Assembly (NCBI RefSeq): GCF_001194135.2
Contig: NC_068995.1
Coordinates: 23,677,604-23,714,095, forward strand
Origin: Octopus bimaculoides
Taxonomy: Eukaryota
Length of the DNA stretch: 36,492 nucleotides
Direction: 5' to 3'
Shown here: piece after piece, positions 10,479 to 22,387 of the stretch
Layout of the letters: each line of letters begins with the position of its first letter
How positions within the stretch are numbered: position 1 is the stretch's first letter
Notes under the pieces: generated by a model
Databases searched by the model: none
Told to the model about the DNA's origin: nothing
Seen by the model: the letters and a program-made list of their open reading frames with translations, nothing else
Position numbers and translations under genes: made by a program

Positions 10479-11391
10479 GGCACGAGAGCAGCACCTACCA
10501 TTGCCAACCTCACAATGGGATTCTCAGAGGAACATATATATCAAAATTCACTGCGAAAATTTGGAGGCTCTCTCGTCCGATACATTAAAGAGAATTGGAA
10601 GAGATACCTAGATGATTGTTTCATACTCTGGAATAACAGCTTAAACATACTCCTAGAATTTAAAACACTTCTGAACAGCATCCACACAAACATTCAATTC
10701 ACAATGGAATACAACCAGGAGGCACTTCCATTCCTAGACATTCTAATTAAAAAACAAACAACAACAACAAAATCAAACAGACATATTTTATAAAACAACA
10801 GATGCAAAACAATACCTTCTCTTTAGCTCTTGCCATCCTAGACACACAAAAACAAACACCCCCTACAGCCTTGCAAGAAGAATCTGCACTATTGTCTCCG
10901 AGAAAAGAACTAGAGATTTAAGACTACAAGAACTGAAAAACGCTCTCCTGGATAGACACTACCCAATCCAACTCATTAATGAAGGAATAAAACGGGCCAA
11001 ATCTATCAACACCGATACACTAAGAAAAACCAAAAACATTAATAAACCTCTCCTTAAAACATTACCCTATATTTCCACATACAACCCCAGAAACAAAGAA
11101 GCATTCAGCATAATCATACAAAACTTACCAATATTACACAAGGACCCAAAACACAAAAGCAACAAACAACCTAAGTCATTAAAGAAACTGCTAACTAATG
11201 CAAAATAATTCTCCTCCACAACAAGCCCCAAAGCAAAAACATGTGATCGCCCCAACTGTGGTACATGCCCCAACCTTTTGGAGGGGTCAAAATACCATTT
11301 TAAACACTTTACAATTAAATCAAATTTTACTTGTGCATCCGAAAACCTGATCTACGTAATCAGATGATCGGGCTGCCAGAAAGATTATATA
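10479..11391 (+). mobile_element. Penelope-like element (Neptune-type) fragment: RT C-terminal half, thumb, Cys linker and start of GIY-YIG
   Basis: GTRAAPTIANLTMG...WKRYLDDCFILW...IQFTMEY..ALPFLDILI; after one frameshift TDIFYKTTDAKQYLLFSSCHPRHTKTNTPYSLARRICTIVS...YP..LI...LPYISTYNP...CDRPNCGTCP...FTCASENLIYVIR*SGCQKDYI. A Cys-rich RT-EN linker is characteristic of the Neptune clade. Confidence 0.92.
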
Positions 11392-12001
11392 TATACATAC
11401 ATACATATTTCACAAGAGAGAAAATGTGACGTTAGAGCATAAAATACATGCATATACACTCATTCACATATTACTGCTAAATCTTTAAACCCTAGTACGG
11501 TAATATAATTAACTGTGTATAAAATGAAATGACTCCTGTAACTGTCTGATTGCCAAAAACACTGAAGAGCTTCATGAAAAATAAGAGTTGTTTCCCTTGA
11601 CATATTGCTTCATCTCTGTTCACTTTATTTCAAAGATGTAGTCCTATAGAAATAAGAGTCAAAACAACTCATAGCCACGAGAAAGCACTTACCTTAATGA
11701 CTGACAAGGGAGACAAGCTCCCTACTATATCCGGGCATAGCCAGATCACCTGCGATTTCGCATTTTTATTAATGCTCACTTGTGGCCCTCACCCGGCGCC
11801 TAGGCTTAAACTCAACTCGCCGTGTCAGTTTATAACATTACCGTAGTAATCTCATGCTGATTTCATAAATGATAAAAGTGAAAATTATAAATAATATTTC
11901 TCTTATTTCTAGCAATACTGGTGGCGACTAGAGCCCTTTGTCACTTTAGTGAGCTATATATTACTACATATCGGTTGAAAAATTGCTAATATGCTACCCT
12001 T

Positions 12002-12006
<5 letters not shown>

Positions 12007-12053
<47 letters not shown>

Positions 12054-12087
12054 TACACACACACACATACACACACATACACACACA
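12007..12087. repeat. (TA)n/(CA)n microsatellite
   Basis: Seen directly. Confidence 0.95.
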
Positions 12088-13905
12088 TAAAGAAGCAAAT
12101 TATTAGTGAGGGAAGCATTATTAGTACCAAATCACACTCTTTATATCCAATTCATCGTGGGTGTATGTTGGAACACCGACACTGGATTATTAGCCTTGAT
12201 GGAGCCTCTCATAAGAACGTTTTGTGCATGAAACTACGCACCTAGATTGTGATAGTAGAAAATCGTCTGTTATGAACGTCGGATCTCCTATACCACGTGA
12301 TTTAAGTGGGAGGTGTCTGGTCACAGCATAAAGGAAAGTATCGCTGCCAAGATATATAGTATATCAGCATCTTTTCAGACACTGGTGTCAAAAATAGCCA
12401 GTAGGATTATTAAAACTTAATTTTTGTGACAGTAGTATTGGTACAAAAAACCAATCCTTACAGCCACCTTATCGTAGATATCATGATAGATCACCGAATA
12501 CTGCATTAGTAGCCTTGAGAGGATATTTTCTTGGTCTTTGAGAGGATGTTTACGTGGGCTTTGTTCAAACAACAATGCAAATTGGTGGGAATATGTTAGG
12601 TAGCATGCCAATAAGGCCATAGTGTATCGCCTATTTTATGAACGCGCACATCGTCTAAAGGCAGGTCTTTTCGATGCAAAGAAACAGCGATCAGATATTT
12701 GCGTTCAAATCTATGAGAACGTGTAGATACGCTACTGTTTCGATTTCTGGTTTCCTGTATGCACACCACTAATTATTATTTCTTTAGCAGACATCAGTAT
12801 GCATCACCAAATTATTTAATGATTCTTATAAACGAGACATCATGATCTTGTTAGGCTCCTCGGTTCACTGGAGTAGCTTTTGACCGTGGAGACTCAACAG
12901 AATATGGAAGCAATACAGTGTCTCAAAGTCCTGTTACGTCAGTGAATCGCGTGCGTTATGCACGCCCATCATCTAAGAGGAGTTGTTCTCTGATGATGAA
13001 GAGGGACAACGATCAGATGTACACCTTTAAATCTAATGGAACGTACTCAGAATGAATGCACATTTCATTGTTCAGACTCGGTGTTTTGCCACAAATATGT
13101 TTGTGGTGAAACATGTCACCAGTGTAAAAATATCGGTGAGAAATTGAGGGACGTTCTTGAAAGAAAAATTGACTAGAAGCATGTTTTAGTGTTTACTTTA
13201 GATTGTACTGGATTCCTTCGACTGCGCATGAAATATATCTTATTGTCATGGTGGGTATAGAATTTCTGACTTTTATGTATTTGCTTTACTTTTTCAGACT
13301 CTATCGTTCGTCTACTAATTTCATGCTATATATTTCTGCATGAGACAGGAAATTGATATTCCGCAGCTTTCGTATTAGTGGGCGATGTTACTCCTTTACG
13401 CTAAATGATATTTCCGATTGGTTTTTGTGACTATTATATGATTTCAAAGAATTCAGAGAATTGCGTAGTCAAAATAATACCCGACGAGCGATACTCGTGC
13501 ACTCTGATTTCAAATCACCCCGAGATCAAATTACCTTAATCATCTTGTGATAGATATAGCGATTATCAGCCCAGGTTAGTGGTGTAGTAGAATTGCTAAT
13601 AAGTTGGGCAAGAAGCCTTCTGATATCTGTCCCGGAACTTTACAGTCTTGCTGATGGTCTAGAGTAAACACCTCGCAAAAATATTTGGAAGTTTTCAAAG
13701 TATGGGGAGGATTCTTTCTGTGTTCCATTGCAGTCAAGGTACCGTGATATTAAGTCATACGCTAATAGACAAATGCAGTCATATATACATATGTATATGC
13801 CTTTATAGAGTTATAAGCGTAAGATAGTCATTCACTTTTAGGTGTATTCACACCATTTGTCTACAGCAAGAGATTTTCTACATAACGGTTCGAATGTGCC
13901 CCAAG

Positions 13906-14515
13906 CTCTTCAGAGGTATGAACTTTAGATTTTGTATAATTTATCGAATGGTAGTATTTTTTAAATATGACGTAATATGAAAAAAAGGTGTCTGTTTGAA
14001 ATATAACTTAAAGATTAAAAATTACTATTTGTGATTTTGGTAAGTACAGTTTAATATGAGTCTTTAATCCATATAGTCTTCCTTGGTTGGTCTTCTGTAA
14101 TAATCCATGATAGTTATGTGTAAAATCCATTATATTATCGTGTATTCCAAATATAGTCTATAGATTTAGATAATATAGAATAATGGAATCCTATATTGAT
14201 AAGAATATATAGATAACTCTTCTGCTCCTCAGAAATATCAAATATGAAATTTGTATGATTTAACGAATGGTAGTTTAAAAAAAAAAAATTTATGAAGTAA
14301 TATGGGAAAATGTTTGTTTGAAATATGAATTAAAATTTACTGCTTTTGATTTTGGTAAGTAGACTTTAGTATGAGAATCTTAAAATTCATATATGCCTCT
14401 CTGGTAATTCTTCTGTATTTATCCATAATAATTATGTATAAAATCTATTACGTTGTCCTGTATTCCGAATATAGTTCATACACTTAAATAATATAATGGG
14501 AAATTATATGTGAGG
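13906..14515. repeat. Diverged tandem duplication, unit about 315-320 bp
   Basis: Units start at 13906 (ctcttcaga) and 14225 (ctcctcaga) and share, in order, cgaatggtagt, gtttgaaatat, gattttggtaagta, cttctgta, atccat, tgtattcc.aatatagt. Confidence 0.85.
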
Positions 14516-15695
14516 TTATAAAATTATATAATATGTATAATATGTGTGGCTATATGTTATAAAATATGTATAATCGCTCGTATTAAATACATAAATACTT
14601 TAATAGTATTAATACTTCGATACAATAGAGCACTCAATATAAATTCAGTATATAATATTCTCATTGAATATATTTAACTAAAGATTTATATATATATACA
14701 TATATACACACATATGTAATAATATATAGTTGTATGAGTGTACACACTTACACACCTGAGTACATACATACATACATACATACATACATAAATATCATGA
14801 ACTAACTGTTATTTTCTCAGATGCGGCATGGAATTTTGTCAGTGAACAGGTCGCGGTTTCAAAGCGACGAAAATATTTTGACAAATTAAATTTAAATGTT
14901 TATTGTGAATCTAACGGATTTTGTGTGTTTTTAAATGGCTTATAAACACATTCAATGCAGCAATTGTATATACATATATATATATATATATATANNNNNN
15001 NNNNNNNNNNNNNNNNNNNNNNNNNNNNNNNNNNNNNNNNNNNNNNNNNNNNNNNNNNNNNNNNNNNNNNNNNNNNNNNNNNNNNNNNNNNNNNNNNNNN
15101 NNNNNNNNNNNNNNNNNNNNNNNNNNNNNNNNNNNNNNNNNNNNNNNNNNNNNNNNNNNNNNNNNNNNNNNNNNNNNNNNNNNNNNNNNNNNNNNNNNNN
15201 NNNNNNNNNNNNNNNNNNNNNNNNNNNNNNNNNNNNNNNNNNNNNNNNNNNNNNNNNNNNNNNNNNNNNNNNNNNNNNNNNNNNNNNNNNNNNNNNNNNN
15301 NNNNNNNNNNNNNNNNNNNNNNNNNNNNNNNNNNNNNNNNNNNNNNNNNNNNNNNNNNNNNNNNNNNNNNNNNNNNNNNNNNNNNNNNNNNNNNNNNNNN
15401 NNNNNNNNNNNNNNNNNNNNNNNNNNNNNNNNNNNNNNNNNNNNNNNNNNNNNNNNNNNNNNNNNNNNNNNNNNNNNNNNNNNNNNNNNNNNNNNNNNNN
15501 NNNNNNNNNNNNNNNNNNNNNNNNNNNNNNNNNNNNNNNNNNNNNNNNNNNNNNNNNNNNNNNNNNNNNNNNNNNNNNNNNNNNNNNNNNNNNNNNNNNN
15601 NNNNNNNNNNNNNNNNNNNNNNNNNNNNNNNNNNNNNNNNNNNNNNNNNNNNNNNNNNNNNNNNNNNNNNNNNNNNNNNNNNNNNNNNNNNNNNN

Positions 15696-15886
15696 AACAT
15701 CGCTTGACAACCGATGCTGGTGCGTGGTGCGTTTACGTCCCCGTAACTTAGCGGTTCGGCCAAAGGGACCGATAGAAAAAGTACTAGGCTTACAAAGAAT
15801 AAGTCCTGGGGTCGATTTGCTCGACTAAAGGCGGTGCTCCAGCATAGCAGCAGTCAAATGACTGAAACAAGTAAAAGAGTAAAGAG
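15696..15886 (+). mobile_element. 3' half of tRNA-derived SINE family A; 5' part lost in the gap
   Basis: Near-identical to 17-198. Followed by (TA)n and (TG)n. Confidence 0.85.
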
Positions 15887-15892
15887 TGTATG

Positions 15893-16060
<168 letters not shown>

Positions 16061-16149
16061 TGTGTGCATGTGTACATATTCTATTTTTGTATGTGATTGC
16101 GAACAATTGCTCATCCTAGAAATTTAAATTGAGTACTCTGGATGTCACA

Positions 16150-16620
16150 CAAAACTTTCAATATATCTGTAATCGCTTGTATTCAGGAATGCGAATCGGT
16201 TTCCTTTGATTCTTCTCTCTGGTTTTCTTTTTTGTTTCTTTGGTTTTGTTTTGTGCTCTGCTTTGTTCTGTTTGCTTGCTTTTTTTTTTTTGCTTTTTAG
16301 TTTAGTTTTTTTTTTTTTTTTTTTTTTTTGAGAACCTAGCTTTTTATGCAGATTTCTTCCTACGCAACCCAGTACACCAATGATAATAGGTACAACTAAA
16401 AATCCATAGCCTAAATATAAGTGATGCATGCTTCTTAGTAATTTTCCACAGATTTTTTGCTTTTTCTCCAATTCTTGCCGATCAATGTTCATCTGCTGGG
16501 AAGCGGATTCAACAGTATATGAATTTTGCTTCCTACATCAATATCTTGCCTAATAACACTTATGCTTACACCAAGTCGGTGCTTTTATTAGAATATTCCA
16601 CCAGCATAGTTTACTTTACA
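16150..16620 (-). mobile_element. Degenerate R4/Dong-type LINE REL endonuclease fragment interrupted by an A-rich tract
   Basis: Minus strand RQDIDV...ADENIDRQELEKKQK...LVVPIIIGVLGCVGRNL parallels RPD....ID.A.P.D.N+..KE.EK..KY...VVP++IGALG, the same region as 4468-4745. T-rich tract at about 16200-16330. Confidence 0.7.
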
Positions 16621-16696
16621 TATGCAAATGAATTCTGGTTCTGATAACTCTAGTATGAGCATCAGGGCAAGTTTTCGCATTTCTATGTATGCTAAC

Positions 16697-16913
16697 GCAG
16701 TGTGCTTGCAGAATCGTAAACATGTCGGACAAAAATGCTTAGAAGCATCTCGTTCCTCTTTATATTTTTAGTTCAAATTCCGCCGAGGTGGACTTTGCCT
16801 TTTATCCTTCCGGGGTCGATAAAATAAGTAACACTTGAGCACTGGTGTCGATTTAATTGACCTAGCCTATCCCCTAAAATAGCTGGACTTGTGCCAAAAT
16901 TTGAAACTAATAT
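16697..16913 (+). mobile_element. tRNA-derived SINE, family B, near full length
   Basis: gcagaatcgtaaacatgtcggacaaaaatgcttag...agttcaaattccgccgaggtggactttgccttttatccttccggggtcgataaaataagtaac...ttgtgccaaaatttgaaactaatatt. Confidence 0.85.
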
Positions 16914-17197
16914 TTCTGTGCATGTAGTGTATGGTACTATGTATACATTTCGGCATTATACTAAACATTACTTAAGAACTATTTTGGTTCATGTCCCTGA
17001 ATGTCATTTTTTTAGATCTTATTCGGGTCATTATTCATGGCATATAATTAATTTATAACTAATAAACGAATTAATCTATTTTTACATATGGGTTTATTTA
17101 TTAATCATTTATCAATTTATTCATATCTCAATCTGACTACGAATATCGCTACACGCATACATAAACGGCTTCGTTTCCTTCAATGACTTCACTATTA

Positions 17198-17300
<103 letters not shown>

Positions 17301-17911
17301 TCTCTCCTTCATGCCTGCGTACATCATATGATTCACGCTGTGCATAATGCCTTTTGTATCTCATCTATACTTCCACTACTAACCATAAATTTCTTTACAT
17401 ATATCAAAAATTCAAATCTTTCCTACCATTAAATATGACTATTATTTTCTATACCCGTTATAAATCCTGCATTTCCCCCCTATCTAACCTTTCTCACATA
17501 TTCTGTAGGAGAACACAACAAAACTACAATTTAACAAAATATTCTAAACTACATGTGTATGGGTGGGTCAGTGAGTAAATATGTGTGTACGTATATGAGT
17601 ATGAGTATGTCTGTAAATAAATGAGCTGTGTGTACGTGTGTGTAAGTGTGTGTGTGCGTACGTGCGTGGTGCATGTTTGTGTGTGTGTGTTTCTAAGTAT
17701 ACAGATATAAGACAGTGATTTGGAAGAAAGAATATAGCGCCGGATTACTCCCTGGATATATTCTTCCGAGTTCACTTCGGGCTGAGAAAAATTCTGCCGA
17801 AGTGAAAATATTGCCTTTTATCACTGCGGAGTGGATACTTAAATCATGCCTGCAGTACTAGTGTTGATTCTTATTCTCATTCTATTTTCTCTTTTACCTC
17901 CCTTTTCTTAG

Positions 17912-18020
17912 ACCTGGAGTTGACTACATCCCGCCAGGTTTCAAATGTCCAAAATTCACTGTGTTACAGGAACTTTTCTATGAGTTCACAAAGACCTACG
18001 GCCATACTACCACCACATAT
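17912..18020 (+). CDS. Candidate internal coding exon of an unidentified gene (PGVDYIPPGFKCPKFTVLQELFYEFTKTYGHTTTTY)
   Basis: Long pyrimidine tract ending ccttttcttag at 17911, an open protein-like frame, and a moderate donor AT|gtaaac at 18021. No family recognised. Confidence 0.35.
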
Positions 18021-18093
18021 GTAAACGCAAATACTTATATACATTTGTGTGTGCGTGGATATATATGTGTGTAGATATAGGTACATCTATATA

Positions 18094-18150
<57 letters not shown>

Positions 18151-18167
18151 GCGTATATATGTATGTG

Positions 18168-18206
<39 letters not shown>

Positions 18207-18842
18207 ATACAGACAGTCAGTTAGAGAAATTGAATTAGATAGACAGACAGAGGTAGATGAAGTAAGAAAGAGAGAGTGGCGTTAAGTTTTTTTTTTAAAT
18301 TACGAAGAAATAAAATGAGAGGAAGATGTCTTTTTCATCTCCAGATATTTGGTTTTCAATGATATATAGCTTATATTGGAAGTAATAAATTGTAGAATTA
18401 AAAATACAAATTCAATTATGGAAACACTTAAAGATATGAAATATATAACTCAGCAAGTAACGAAATAGATAAATACATAGAGTAGATAAATTAATCCGGT
18501 CCATGGGGATGAGGATACTAGAGGGAGGCGAAGAAAATTATATAAAGAAATCAAATATATTGCTAAAATGTCTGGTAATCAATGTAAACCGTTGAAGTAA
18601 GTCATTGCACAACAGCTGAAGCTACAACAAAACACATTAGCAGCAAATAAGAGAACAAGAGACAGTTGAAGAGAGGGAAAATAGACGAAGATTTTATCAT
18701 TCGGAGGACAATATTGATTAGAAAAGTGTTATACCATGGGAACGACAAAAGAGTTTTCATCTGTATATGAGTGCGTGTTTGTATGTAAGTGCCTGTCTGT
18801 ATATATATACATATATACATATACACACACACATGCACACAT

Positions 18843-18877
<35 letters not shown>

Positions 18878-20439
18878 NNNNNNNNNNNNNNNNNNNNNNN
18901 NNNNNNNNNNNNNNNNNNNNNNNNNNNNNNNNNNNNNNNNNNNNNNNNNNNNNNNNNNNNNNNNNNNNNNNNNNNNNNNNNNNNNNNNNNNNNNNNNNNN
19001 NNNNNNNNNNNNNNNNNNNNNNNNNNNNNNNNNNNNNNNNNNNNNNNNNNNNNNNNNNNNNNNNNNNNNNNNNNNNNNNNNNNNNNNNNNNNNNNNNNNN
19101 NNNNNNNNNNNNNNNNNNNNNNNNNNNNNNNNNNNNNNNNNNNNNNNNNNNNNNNNNNNNNNNNNNNNNNNNNNNNNNNNNNNNNNNNNNNNNNNNNNNN
19201 NNNNNNNNNNNNNNNNNNNNNNNNNNNNNNNNNNNNNNNNNNNNNNNNNNNNNNNNNNNNNNNNNNNNNNNNNNNNNNNNNNNNNNNNNNNNNNNNNNNN
19301 NNNNNNNNNNNNNNNNNNNNNNNNNNNNNNNNNNNNNNNNNNNNNNNNNNNNNNNNNNNNNNNNNNNNNNNNNNNNNNNNNNNNNNNNNNNNNNNNNNNN
19401 NNNNNNNNNNNNNNNNNNNNNNNNNNNNNNNNNNNNNNNNNNNNNNNNNNNNNNNNNNNNNNNNNNNNNNNNNNNNNNNNNNNNNNNNNNNNNNNNNNNN
19501 NNNNNNNNNNNNNNNNNNNNNNNNNNNNNNNNNNNNNNNNNNNNNNNNNNNNNNNNNNNNNNNNNNNNNNNNNNNNNNNNNNNNNNNNNNNNNNNNNNNN
19601 NNNNNNNNNNNNNNNNNNNNNNNNNNNNNNNNNNNNNNNNNNNNNNNNNNNNNNNNNNNNNNNNNNNNNNNNNNNNNNNNNNNNNNNNNNNNNNNNNNNN
19701 NNNNNNNNNNNNNNNNNNNNNNNNNNNNNNNNNNNNNNNNNNNNNNNNNNNNNNNNNNNNNNNNNNNNNNNNNNNNNNNNNNNNNNNNNNNNNNNNNNNN
19801 NNNNNNNNNNNNNNNNNNNNNNNNNNNNNNNNNNNNNNGCAGAAAATTTAATGGACCACAGTAAATTTTAGGAATTGTATAATATTCTCAGTAGGAGCAG
19901 AACATTTTTAGAGACGTCAAAAATGTTAGAGTTTTTGAAGAAGGAGTAAAATAGTTTTGGTGATCCAAATTTTATAAAACTTTGTTCAAAGATTGTGTAT
20001 GTAGTGACACATTTCTATAAAGAGAACATTTTAGAAAGACAAAAAAATTTCTGAGGATTAAGAAAATCGGGGGGGGGGGAGCCCGAAAGATTCTAAGATT
20101 TTAAATTTGTATAAATTAATTGCATAATTTGTTAGAAAGTTTATGGTTTATACTAATTACATGCAAAAGTGTTACTATTTGTAAAAATGTAAGAATTCAA
20201 ATTAAATTGATATTATGTGAAATATATTTGCATTATTTCTAGCATGAATATGCTTTTAATTCTTGCTGCATAATTTACGTTATTGTTTTGTAACATCTTC
20301 TTTGACTTTATATATAAGTAAATTCGGCCTGTGTGCAGTCTGTTTCAATTGTAACCCGTAAAATAACGCACAGTCAATGTATGCTAAATAATTCTCAAAG
20401 TTTCACATTCTGTATCGTTATTAATAATGCAAAAACATT

Positions 20440-21940
20440 CGAGGTATATGTCTGTAATCATGTGTGTTCGCTCAAAAGATGGACAGAAGGAAAGATTTAG
20501 AATTTGAATGCCAGTGAAAAAGTGTTTAATTTTTTTCTTCTATTTTCAACAACCATAACAACCTTTTGTGATCTCTGCATAAGCGGTAATTTTTTTCAAC
20601 ACTAAATTATCTGAAGATTACTACACTTAGGATGCAAGTAGAAAAGTGAAGAATAACCAAAAAGAGAAAGAACCGATTGAACTAAAAAACGACCAAGTAT
20701 TCAAGATGTTTGTAATTTGGTTTTTATCTACACAATTAGTCTTCAAGTCAAGGCGATATTTGCAATGTTGGACGTCTCCCCAATAATGCGCATGCATCTA
20801 TCTCCTATGCCGACCTGAGAATAATGAATGGACAGTCATCGTCATCTGTGAGGCATGTTTGGTAAGGACACTTCTGGAAGCTGACTACAATATCTTTCAT
20901 AAAATGGGAGCTTTTGGGAAGCAAAAGGAACCTTCTCGGTTCAATTATTATATTTTGTTATTCACCTAGAAGCACCAATAATGGACAAATCAGCTATAAA
21001 GCAATGCAACGTACATTTCGATAAATCCAGAAATAACTAAATCTATGCCGTTCATTCTCACACCTCTCTGTGGAAATTTCAAATAGACCCTTCCGTTAGT
21101 ATATAGTGTCACAAAGTCTAACGTTATGAACGTCAACAAGAAAACTTCTTAACTACTGTGTAATACCGCTGTCAAGCATTTAACCAGTATCATGACAGCT
21201 TTTTTATCAGGTGGGGACAGATCTGAAAACTGTGCAAGTCTATTGCTAGAAGTTGGTGATGTATATATGACAATTGTGGCAGACGCTGATACCAAAATTA
21301 TTGGGGGAAAACAGTTTCATCTCTATAACTGCTTAAATATGAAGACTCTACTTGTGTAGCCACTAACAGAATGAGATCTGAAACTTTGGCTGATGGACCC
21401 ATACTGTCTCCTTTAAACACCAATGTCAATCAGCTCAAAAGTTTGCCACTGGGAATGTTTTAAGGCGAAGGTAGAACTTACAAGTCTGTGGATATTGTCA
21501 TTGATACAGATGTTTCAATTTGAGCTCAGGGATTAAAGTGGTATCCTTGAATCTCATTTTGTGGAATATGGACCCAACAAAATTAATGAATAGATCACAA
21601 TGCATCATCTCTTGGTTTCGTTCTAATATCATGGAAGTTATTAGTTCCTACGATTCCTACGGTTCCTACGAAAGTGATTCTGTCTTCCTACTAAGACTTC
21701 CCCTCTCACCGAGAGTCAAAGAGCAACTCTTACGTTTAAGAGTCTCAACTTTCTATACAAAACGTAATTTGCCGTGGTTTTAAAATAAAACGCATAACAG
21801 AAATTTAAAGCAATCGGTTTGAAGCTCTCCATCCTATGCTTTTCTGCTATGCAACATCATGAACTGAGAATGACGAGAAAGTAATTATTATCCCTTCAAA
21901 TAACCAAGCAACAAATGTGGTCAACCAAGTGGCTTTATCG
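20440..21940 (+). mobile_element. Helitron RepHel remnant (Rep C-terminal region and Pif1-like helicase)
   Basis: Motifs in order: DGQK...NASEKV, DYYT*DASRK (about 20616-20645), QVKAIFAML, EAPIMDK (20969), GNFK*TLPLV (cf. GDFRQTLPVV), LLLEVGD, ILSPLNTNVNQ..GEGRTYKSVD (21401-21495), LILWNMDPTKLMN (cf. LLRNL.P.KLCN), VFLLRLPLSP, NQATNVVNQVAL (cf. KT.NVVY.EAL). Many deletions and stops. Confidence 0.88.
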
Positions 21941-22145
21941 CATGGATGCATTTCTGAATGACATAAGCCAGAAAGTCAATTTAAGAATTTTAATTAATAG
22001 TAACATTTTTAGACTTACTTTATTAATATAACATTTATTTTAACATGGCTTAATTTTTCTATTGATTAAACGTAGCTGAAAATAAGTGACGTCCTTGGCA
22101 TTTGACCTGGTACCCAGATTTATATATATATATATATATATATAT

Positions 22146-22235
22146 TCAAAATGGGACAAGAACGCAAAACATCCGGACAGTTAGGTGATACAAAAATGGG
22201 ACAACAAAACATCCAGGTAGACGATACAAAGAAAA
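22146..22235. repeat. Imperfect tandem pair (caaaatgggacaa...caaaacatcc...gata) x2
   Basis: Two diverged 36-44 bp units seen directly. Possibly the terminus of another retroelement. Confidence 0.55.
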
Positions 22236-22387
22236 CAAGGACGGGTCATTCGAAGTTTTCTTTCCTTAATGGAATACCATATATATATATATATATACAT
22301 TGTCCGAATTTTGAGTAAAGAAAACAAGTGATCAAATGTAATCATCAATGTACTTTCCATGATTATCTATGTCTTCCTTCCATCTTC

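Noticed and set aside
12250-13260. 1 kb of non-repetitive sequence with short open frames (e.g. APRFTGVAFDRGD...)
   Set aside because: All six frames are interrupted and no TE or gene motif was recognised. Left unannotated.
22085-22125. Helitron 3' terminal hairpin plus CTRR
   Set aside because: gacgtccttggcatttgacctggtacccag is in a plausible position, but it forms no convincing stem and no CTRR follows.
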